DNA from: Bacteroidales bacterium
Lineage (GTDB): Bacteria > Bacteroidota > Bacteroidia > Bacteroidales > AUK083
Reading direction: 5' to 3'
Length of the DNA: 63,976 bases
NCBI GenBank assembly: GCA_021158345.1
Contig: JAGGUV010000118.1
Coordinates: 1 to 63,976, forward strand
Of the stretch, positions 19,633-26,695 are shown piece by piece (the stretch's first letter is position 1; every line of letters starts with the position of its first letter). Both the position numbers and the translations under genes were made by a program. Under the pieces are notes generated by a model. The model did no database searches and was not told the DNA's origin. It worked only from the letters and a program-made list of their open reading frames with translations.

Positions 19633-20214
19633 TTATTTTATATGGTCTTTAAAATAGTTTGCTAACGATTTTCTTAATTTTATTTTTGAACGATAAATTA
19701 ATGATTCAACCGATGCCTGACTAAGATTCATAATTTTACATATTTCCTTTTGTGAATAATTTTCGAATTTATGAAGAAGTAAAGCCTTTTTTTGTTTGCC
19801 TGGCAAATTATCAATTGCTTTAAAAAGAATTTTATTTGCTTCTTTTTGTATATATATATCTGCAGGTGTTTTATTGTACTTAGAGCTATTAATGTCACTT
19901 TTCATATTAGCTACTACACCTAAAAAATCCGTTGACAAGCCAGCTTTTGCCGGATTTTTTTTTCGTAAAAAACTTAATGATTTATTATATGATATCCGGA
20001 ATAACCAACCTGAAATATCATCAATATTTCTAAGTTTATGAATCGAACGATAAACCTCCAAAAAAACATCCTGAAAGACATCTTCAGAATCCATTTTATT
20101 TCCAATAAGTCGATAAACAGTATTCATAACCAACCCTTTATATTTTTTTATTAAAATACGAAAAGCAATATCGTTATTATTTTTTATTTTTTCAACTAAT
20201 TGTTTATCATCCAT
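19633..20214 (-). CDS. RNA polymerase ECF-type sigma-70 factor
   Basis: Region 2 DVFQDVFLEVYRSIHKL...WLFRISYN. Region 4 HTH SQKEICKIMNLSQASVESLIYRSKIKLRK. Confidence 0.9.
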   Translation of the reverse strand: MDDKQLVEKIKNNNDIAFRILIKKYKGLVMNTVYRLIGNKMDSEDVFQDVFLEVYRSIHKLRNIDDISGWLFRISYNKSLSFLRKKNPAKAGLSTDFLGVVANMKSDINSSKYNKTPADIYIQKEANKILFKAIDNLPGKQKKALLLHKFENYSQKEICKIMNLSQASVESLIYRSKIKLRKSLANYFKDHIK

Positions 20215-20269
20215 TATGAAAAGAGTGAAAGCGCTAATTATTTTAATTTGGTAACCCGAAAAAAATTAA

Positions 20270-20695
20270 CTAATCCAGCAAACCATTTTTTCTTAAATAT
20301 TCCTCAGCTTTTTCTCTGGTCAAAAACAAATCTCCATCTTCTTCCAACCATGTTTCTCCTTTTGATAATCCCATTTTTGAACAGCCTTTATTTTCTCCGA
20401 CATTAACAGTTTCAAGGGCTTTCATTTTTATACCATTTTGTTTAATCCTTAAAATTTTTGCTTTTATTGGTTTCCCATTACTTGGAATTCCATTTTTATC
20501 AACAGCCACTATCACACCATAACAGATAGCGCCTTGCTTAGCCCAATCACCAATTTTTGCCTTTAGAGAATCATTTAATTTAACAGTCTCCTCTTTGTAT
20601 TCGTATTTTATTTCTGAATCCGCTTTTTCCCCTGATCCACAACTGACAATTGTAAAAATGCTTATAAGCATTAATAAATTAAATAAATGTTTCAT
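20270..20695 (-). CDS. Small lipoprotein, function unknown
   Basis: Lipobox FTIVSCGSG. No recognisable domain. Confidence 0.6.
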   Translation of the reverse strand: MKHLFNLLMLISIFTIVSCGSGEKADSEIKYEYKEETVKLNDSLKAKIGDWAKQGAICYGVIVAVDKNGIPSNGKPIKAKILRIKQNGIKMKALETVNVGENKGCSKMGLSKGETWLEEDGDLFLTREKAEEYLRKNGLLD

Positions 20696-21136
20696 TGATG
20701 TTTTTTTTTATTAATAAATTAAAAAATTCATAACTAGTAATATTATCAAAATTCAAATAATTTATCCATTCATAAAGAACGCAAAAAATTTACCCCATTT
20801 TCTTTATCAAAAAATTTATTGTCTTATCTTTATCTATTACTGCAAATTAAATTTTAATCCCCATAGTATTATTAGACGTAAAAAAACAGAAAATCAAGCG
20901 TTTTTTTTTAATTTTTTATCTTCAAATAACAATTATCTAAACTAAATTATTCAATTGTTTACTATAAACTAATTCAGGATTTTCCCTTTTTTATGAATTA
21001 ATCGTGCTAAAAACAACTAAAATAATTTTATCATTTTTTTTATTGGCATTATTAACTAATTTTTTATCAGCTTATAATTTTATTTTTAGCAATAATAATA
21101 TAAAATCAAATTAAATTGTAAATACTTTAAAAATAA

Positions 21137-21148
21137 TAATAGAAGTCC
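21137..21148 (+). repeat. Intergenic motif copy 2 (TAATAGAAGTCC)
   Basis: Exact 12-mer shared with 5781-5792 (reverse complement), 38406-38417 and 57741-57752 (reverse complement). Confidence 0.9.
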
Positions 21149-21315
21149 TCTTAACTAAATTATTTATATGTTTGCTATAAATACAGGATACTGTACTTTA
21201 AGATTATAAATTAATAATATAAAATTACAAACAGATGAAATATCCATGAACATGGGGAATTTAGATTTTAGATTTAATTTGGACACACCCTGTACATTTC
21301 ATTACAGGGCAAGTA

Positions 21316-22209
21316 TTGCCCATTGGATTGCACACAGATTTTATTAATAATGTTAAAGTTCAAGATTATTTTATCGAAAAAAACAACATTAAAAGCATTA
21401 TAAAAATCAGAAAAAAATTTTCTCATAAAGGTAATTTCGGTCATGCTCTTTTAATATCAGGTAGTTATGGTAAAATGGGAGCTGCTGTATTAGCGTCAAA
21501 AGCATGTTTACGCACAGGCGTTGGATTGCTAACAACACATATACCAAAACTCGGGTATAATATTTTACAGACAGCAATACCCGAAGCTATGACAAATATT
21601 GATACTTCAGATAAATTTTTAAGTGAATTATCCGATTTATTAAAATACAATTCAATTGGAATTGGTCCCGGCATAGGCACAGAAGAACAGACACAAAAAA
21701 CTCTTAAACTATTAATTCAAAATTCTCCGGTTCCATTAGTAATTGATGCTGATGCAATTAATATTCTCGGTGAAAATAAAACATGGATATCCTTTCTGCC
21801 TGAAAATAGTATTTTAACACCTCATCCAAAAGAATTTAAAAGAATAGCAGGCAAAACATATAATGATTTTGAAAGGAATAAAATACAGAGAGAATTTTCA
21901 ATAAAAAATAAAGTATATCTTGTCTTGAAAGGAGCGCATACAGCAATAAGTTGCCCTGACGGAAATTGTTATTTCAACAGCACAGGAAATCCGGGTATGG
22001 CAACAGCAGGTAGCGGCGATGTACTCACAGGAATAATTCTAAGTTTATATGCACAAGGATATTCTTCAAAAAACGCTTGTATTTTAGGCGTTTATATTCA
22101 CGGGCTGGCAGGTGATATTTCAGCAGAAAAATTATCCTTCGGAAGCCTTATTGCTTCTGAGATTATAAACAATCTTAATGATGCGTTAAAAAAAATAATT
22201 ATGTTTTAA
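21316..22209 (+). CDS. nnrD: ADP-dependent NAD(P)H-hydrate dehydratase (YjeF C-terminal domain only)
   Basis: HKGNFGHALLISGSYGKMGAAVLASKACLRTGVGL and GNPGMATAGSGDVLTGI motifs. The tracked start is TTG, so the true start is uncertain. No N-terminal epimerase domain is present. Confidence 0.85.
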   Translation: MPIGLHTDFINNVKVQDYFIEKNNIKSIIKIRKKFSHKGNFGHALLISGSYGKMGAAVLASKACLRTGVGLLTTHIPKLGYNILQTAIPEAMTNIDTSDKFLSELSDLLKYNSIGIGPGIGTEEQTQKTLKLLIQNSPVPLVIDADAINILGENKTWISFLPENSILTPHPKEFKRIAGKTYNDFERNKIQREFSIKNKVYLVLKGAHTAISCPDGNCYFNSTGNPGMATAGSGDVLTGIILSLYAQGYSSKNACILGVYIHGLAGDISAEKLSFGSLIASEIINNLNDALKKIIMF

Positions 22210-22217
22210 TTTTTAAC

Positions 22218-24044
22218 TTATTCTTCTACACGCAGATTATCAATAATAAACATTTGTCGTTCGGGAGTGTTTTTACCCATATAAAACGACAGCATCTCGT
22301 TAAGAGTAGAATCTTTTTTCAATATCACAGGTTCAAGGCGAATCGAAGGGCCAATAAAATGTTTAAACTCATCAGGAGAAATCTCTCCTAAACCTTTAAA
22401 CCTTGTAATCTCTATATTATTTTTCAACTTTTTTATAGCTTCTTCTTTTTCCTTTTCAGAATAACAATAATAAGTTTCTTTTTTATTTCTAACTCTGAAC
22501 AAAGGTGTTTGCAAAATGTATAAATGACCTGATTTCACAAGGTCGGGGTAAAACTGAAGGAAAAATGTCATAAGCAATAAACGGATATGCATACCGTCAA
22601 CATCAGCATCAGTAGCAATAACAACATTATTATATCTTAACTTATCAACACCTTCTTCAATATTTAAAGCAGACTGTAAAAGATTAAATTCTTCATTTTG
22701 ATAAACAATTTTTTTACCAATGCCATAAGAATTCAAAGGTTTACCTTTCAGACTAAAAACAGCCTGAGTGTTAACATCTCTTGATTTAGTAATTGAGCCG
22801 CTGGCAGAATCGCCCTCAGTAATAAACAAAGTTGTCTCTAAACGTCTATCATCTTTCGATTGATAATGCACTCTGCAATCACGTAACTTTTTATTATGAA
22901 GGTTGGCTTTTTTAATACTCTCTCTAGCAAGTTTTTTAATACCTGCCATTTCTTTGCGCTCTTTGGCAGATTGTTGGATTTTCTTTAAAAGTATTTCAGC
23001 AGTTTCAGGATTAATATGCAGGTAATTATCAAGATTCCGTTTAACTATATCGTTAATGTAATTCCTGATAGTCATACCATCTGGTTCAACATACTGAGAG
23101 CCTAATTTTGTCTTTGTCTGTGATTCAAAAACAGGTTCCACCACTTTGATACTTATTGCAGCAACAATAGAAGAACGAACATCAGAAGGCTCAAAATCTT
23201 TTTTATAAAAATCTCTTATAGTCTTAACAATAGCTTCACGAAAAGCAGCCTGATGAATACCCCCCTGTGTAGTATGCTGACCATTTACAAATGAGTAGTA
23301 TTCTTCGCCGTAAAGTTTTTTACTGTGAGTAAAAGCAAATTCAAAATCAGATTCCTTGATATGTATAATAGGATATAATCCTGAACCATTAATAGTATTA
23401 CTTAAAAGGTCAAGCAATCCGTTTTTAGCATAAAATTTCTCCCCATTAAGAAATATTTTCAGACCATTATTAAGATATACATAATTCCAGAGCATTTTTT
23501 CAACATATTCCATAATAAAATGGAAATTGCCAAAAAGCTCATTATCAGGCATAAATTTAATAATTGTACCATTTTTTAAAGTTGTATCCTCAATATTATG
23601 GTCATTTAAAATTTCTCCCTTTTCAAACTCAATAATTTTAGTTTTGCCATCTCTTACACTCTGAGCCCAAAAATACGAAGCTAATGCATTAACAGCCTTT
23701 GCTCCTACTCCGTTTAACCCTACAGCTTTTTTAAAGACTTTTGAATCGTATTTGGCGCCTGTGTTTATCTTCGACATACAATCAAGAAGCTTAGTAAGCG
23801 GGATGCCTCTGCCATAATCGCGTATGCTTACAAGATTATTTTCAATATTTACTTCAATAGTATTTCCAAAGCCCATAACATACTCATCAATTGAGTTATC
23901 AATAATCTCTTTTATAAGCACATAAATACCATCATCATACGAAGCTCCATCGCCAAGCTTACCAATATACATCCCCGGCCTCTTTCTTATGTGTTGTCGC
24001 CAATCAAGCGATTTTATACTATCTTCTGTATATTGTTCTTCCAT
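22218..24044 (-). CDS. parE: DNA topoisomerase IV subunit B (GyrB/ParE family)
   Basis: GHKL ATPase motifs ([23 protein letters not shown]), Toprim motifs ([23 protein letters not shown]). The 608-aa length fits ParE rather than GyrB. Confidence 0.85.
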   Translation of the reverse strand: MEEQYTEDSIKSLDWRQHIRKRPGMYIGKLGDGASYDDGIYVLIKEIIDNSIDEYVMGFGNTIEVNIENNLVSIRDYGRGIPLTKLLDCMSKINTGAKYDSKVFKKAVGLNGVGAKAVNALASYFWAQSVRDGKTKIIEFEKGEILNDHNIEDTTLKNGTIIKFMPDNELFGNFHFIMEYVEKMLWNYVYLNNGLKIFLNGEKFYAKNGLLDLLSNTINGSGLYPIIHIKESDFEFAFTHSKKLYGEEYYSFVNGQHTTQGGIHQAAFREAIVKTIRDFYKKDFEPSDVRSSIVAAISIKVVEPVFESQTKTKLGSQYVEPDGMTIRNYINDIVKRNLDNYLHINPETAEILLKKIQQSAKERKEMAGIKKLARESIKKANLHNKKLRDCRVHYQSKDDRRLETTLFITEGDSASGSITKSRDVNTQAVFSLKGKPLNSYGIGKKIVYQNEEFNLLQSALNIEEGVDKLRYNNVVIATDADVDGMHIRLLLMTFFLQFYPDLVKSGHLYILQTPLFRVRNKKETYYCYSEKEKEEAIKKLKNNIEITRFKGLGEISPDEFKHFIGPSIRLEPVILKKDSTLNEMLSFYMGKNTPERQMFIIDNLRVEE

Positions 24045-24184
24045 TAACTATATTTTTTTTGCAAAAATAATATTTACTTTAAGCTATAAAACCCATTTAA
24101 AAAAAACTTATGAAAATTTTATTCACAACTTAAAATATTTTTAGGAGAATAATGAACTTATGTAAGATTATAATTTGTTTTTGG

Positions 24185-24330
24185 GCGGCAAAATCGGGCT
24201 ATACGCTTGTAGCTGTATCATTAGTGCTGTGTTTTTGTAGGCAGTGCGTGGGCTTACTCCGATCGCCTCCGCCTGCCAACACAAAACATCAGCACTAATT
24301 TCTACAGGCTATCGCTCCTATCCCTGCCGC
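24185..24330. ncRNA. Candidate structured RNA or DNA hairpin of unknown class (GC-rich ~150-nt imperfect hairpin)
   Basis: Nested complementary blocks: gcggca(24185-90)/tgccgc(24325-30), tgtag(24208-12)/ctaca(24302-06), attagtgctg(24220-29)/cagcactaat(24290-99), tgtttt.gt/acaaaaca, ggcag(24240-44)/ctgcc(24273-77), gcg/cgc. Local GC is far above the surrounding intergenic DNA. Confidence 0.3.
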
Positions 24331-24490
24331 ATAACACCATAATATTTTTTCGCTGTTGAAAAAATCCTGCATACTTCTAAAATCTGAAGAATTTTAATGA
24401 AAATTTTAAAGATTTCTACTAATTAACTTTTAAGTTTTGTACTGACATTAATTTTATGTTTATACTCTCGTTTTATCACTTAAACCGTTA

Positions 24491-25300
24491 TTACTTATAC
24501 ACATTGTTAGGCACAGTAGTTAAATCCAATTCTGTTCTATATTCTACACTCGGTTCCTTTAATAAGTGCATTTCTAATTGTTTAGGTTGTCTAAATCCCT
24601 GTAATTTATTCCTGTATTTGTTAAATATTATTTCGTTTTCAATTTCAAGTTTTCTGTTTTTACTAATTTCAAGATATTCCTCCTCAACATCAATTCCAAG
24701 GAATTTTCTTTCTAATAGATTTGCAGCAATACCAGTTGTACTACTTCCAGTAAACGGATCTAAAGTCCAAGCACCTTGTTTTGTTGAAGCTAAAATAATC
24801 CTCGCTAATACCGAAAGCGGCTTTTGTGTTGGATGTTTGCCACAAGATTTTTCCCATTTTGCAATAGCTGGCAATGACCAAACATCTTTCATCTGTTTCC
24901 CATCATTTATTTCTTTCATTAATTCATAATTGAAGTAATGTGGAACTTTGGCATTCTTTCTTGCCCAAATAATTTGTTCGGTTGAATGAGTAAAATAACG
25001 GCAAGAAAAATTTGGTGGTGGATTTGTTTTTTGCCAAGTGATAATGTTTAATATTTTAAAGTCAAGTTCCGTTAAAATTTGCCCAATACTAAAAATATTG
25101 TGCATTGTTCCACTAATCCAAATAGTGGCATCTTTTTTCATTTTGCCACGAACAAGTTTTAACCAGTTACGGTTAAACTCATTTATAAACTCAAAACCTT
25201 TTGATTTATCCCATTTGCCTTTATTAACACTTGTGATTTTACCGTTTTTTATGGTCAACCCATCATTCGATAAAAAATAAGGTGGGTCGGCAAAAACCAT
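24491..25300 (-). CDS. DpnA-like beta-class N6-adenine (N4/N6 family) DNA methyltransferase, apparently N-terminally truncated
   Basis: The ORF begins MVFADPPYFLSNDG (motif IV right at the start). Also ITWQKTNPPPNFSCRYFTHSTEQIIWARK, GKHPTQKP and motif I LDPFTGSSTTG. Homologous-looking codons continue upstream in frame (TTQFDFKFD) but are closed by a TGA with no alternative start. Confidence 0.75.
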   Translation of the reverse strand: MVFADPPYFLSNDGLTIKNGKITSVNKGKWDKSKGFEFINEFNRNWLKLVRGKMKKDATIWISGTMHNIFSIGQILTELDFKILNIITWQKTNPPPNFSCRYFTHSTEQIIWARKNAKVPHYFNYELMKEINDGKQMKDVWSLPAIAKWEKSCGKHPTQKPLSVLARIILASTKQGAWTLDPFTGSSTTGIAANLLERKFLGIDVEEEYLEISKNRKLEIENEIIFNKYRNKLQGFRQPKQLEMHLLKEPSVEYRTELDLTTVPNNVYK

Positions 25301-25337
25301 ATCAAATTTAAAGTCGAATTGTGTGGTATGAGCTCAT

Positions 25338-25760
25338 TTATCCAAAATAAAAATCACAAAGGGTTTCCAACACAATACGTTTTAAGTTTTTATTAACGCC
25401 TAATTCCTCTATATATTTACTATTATCAACCAGTATTTGTGAAGCTCCGGCTTCAATTGCAATTAATAAGGCTTTATCTTTTTTGACGCCCAATGAAATT
25501 AGCCTATTCATTAACACTACTCTTGCATCATTTTCATCTAAATCGTTTCTTATAGATAAACAATACTCGTACAATTCTATATCTATTTTGTCAATTATTT
25601 CGCAGACTTCATTTTCAGGCAAATTATTGTTTCGAATATAACCTTTTATTTTTGTATCCAAGTGAACTTCAAAAGGTTCTTTAATATCCAACCCCCAGAA
25701 TAAAATAGTTCCTCCTCTAATTTTATAAAAATTATTTTCTTCTGAAAATCTATCATTCAT
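25338..25760 (-). CDS. Hypothetical 140-aa protein inside the R-M island
   Basis: Its ATG overlaps the stop of the 57-aa ORF (ATGAATGA). No recognisable motif. Confidence 0.55.
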   Translation of the reverse strand: MNDRFSEENNFYKIRGGTILFWGLDIKEPFEVHLDTKIKGYIRNNNLPENEVCEIIDKIDIELYEYCLSIRNDLDENDARVVLMNRLISLGVKKDKALLIAIEAGASQILVDNSKYIEELGVNKNLKRIVLETLCDFYFG

Positions 25761-25926
25761 AACTAATTATCTTTATTTCTTTATCCATAAAATTATCACT
25801 ATTTAAAACGATTTCTTCATTATCATACAAATATTTAGCTTTTTCGATAGCTTTCTTTTCACTATCTGCTTTCAAAACAAGTGATTTTGATAAAATTTCC
25901 GTTATTTCTATTTTAATTTTTTTCAT
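25753..25926 (-). CDS. Untracked 57-aa ORF, DpnD/PcfM-like small protein (tentative)
   Basis: ATG at 25926-25924 lies inside the last codons of the endonuclease gene, and TGA at 25755-25753 overlaps the next ATG. Translation: MKKIKIEITEILSKSLVLKADSEKKAIEKAKYLYDNEEIVLNSDNFMDKEIKIISYE. It is below the 60-aa cutoff of the ORF track. The pattern (..I.ITE......V.A.SE..A......Y..EEIVL...DF) resembles DpnD/PcfM-like proteins as I recall them. Confidence 0.5.
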   Translation of the reverse strand: MKKIKIEITEILSKSLVLKADSEKKAIEKAKYLYDNEEIVLNSDNFMDKEIKIISYE

Positions 25927-26695
25927 AATTTACCTTTTTATATTTTCCTCGTCCAATAAATTCTACCAAACCATTATCTCTCATAATTTGTAATTGTTGT
26001 CTTATTTTATCTTTGATAAAATTATTTTTTGGATATTTTTTTTTCAACCTGTCTTCAAATTTATATACATCTTTTAAATTAAATTCATTTTTAGGGATAT
26101 TATCAATACATTTCATAACATCTAAAATCCATCCTTTTCCCTCTCCTTTTTTCTTTTTTATAAAAGAAACCTTATTCCAACTATTTAATACTTTGGTTTT
26201 AGGTAATATTTTAGTTCTCTTTATGAAATAAATTCTACCGTTTTCAGGTATTTCAGTAAGATTAATATTACATCCTATCCAACCAGCTCTTCGTGCATTA
26301 CTGGATAAAGGTTTTCTTTTTTCAATAATATTTGGCAAAAAAAAGAATTTTGGAATGATTAAAAAATTAGTTACTTCCCATTTAACTTTATCGTAAGTCA
26401 AAAAAAAGAAATTTGGATTATTCTCAGAAAGAATTCTATCAATCATAGTTGAATATGAACCATCAACAATTTTATTACTTATCTTAATGCTGTTTTTACT
26501 TTTTAATTCAAATTCTTCTCTACAATTTTTACATAAAAAATCTGCAACAGGTTTATTATTCTCAAATTCAAACAATGGATTGCCACAGTTTGGACAGAAA
26601 CCATTATTTTTTACCCAATTTTCTGTTATTACTCTAGCTATTTGAGATTTGCTAGAATAATTTTCTGCTATTTTTAAATCAAATTTCAAATCCAT
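25913..26695 (-). CDS. DpnI-family ('Dam-replacing' family) PD-(D/E)XK restriction endonuclease with a Cys4 motif and a C-terminal winged-helix domain
   Basis: CPNCG...CKNC (Cys4). Catalytic-type D52...E63-L-K65 (PVADFLCKNCREEFELKSK). Also NPNFFFLTY and ARRAGWIGCNI. C-terminal IRQQLQIMRDNGLVEFIGRGKYKKV. Length (260 aa) and motif spacing match my recollection of DpnI (about 254 aa, D53/E64/K66). Confidence 0.75.
   Translation of the reverse strand: MDLKFDLKIAENYSSKSQIARVITENWVKNNGFCPNCGNPLFEFENNKPVADFLCKNCREEFELKSKNSIKISNKIVDGSYSTMIDRILSENNPNFFFLTYDKVKWEVTNFLIIPKFFFLPNIIEKRKPLSSNARRAGWIGCNINLTEIPENGRIYFIKRTKILPKTKVLNSWNKVSFIKKKKGEGKGWILDVMKCIDNIPKNEFNLKDVYKFEDRLKKKYPKNNFIKDKIRQQLQIMRDNGLVEFIGRGKYKKVNYEKN

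Noticed and set aside
20696-21315. Possible replication origin in the long AT-rich gap
   Set aside because: Only one partial DnaA-box-like string (ttatccatt) was seen, with no cluster of boxes and no dnaA/dnaN nearby. parAB lies 30 kb away.
24185-24330. Assigning the GC-rich hairpin to SRP (4.5S) or 6S RNA
   Set aside because: I could not find the SRP domain-IV signature (…AGGUCCGGAAGGAAGCAGC…-type GNRA loop with flanking AGCA) on either strand. I also saw no large central bubble expected for 6S. The class is left open pending a covariance-model search.
24456-24929. 157-aa plus-strand ORF
   Set aside because: It is entirely antisense to the well-supported DpnA-like methyltransferase. Its translation is low-complexity S/F/L/C-rich with no motif, so it is most likely a shadow ORF.
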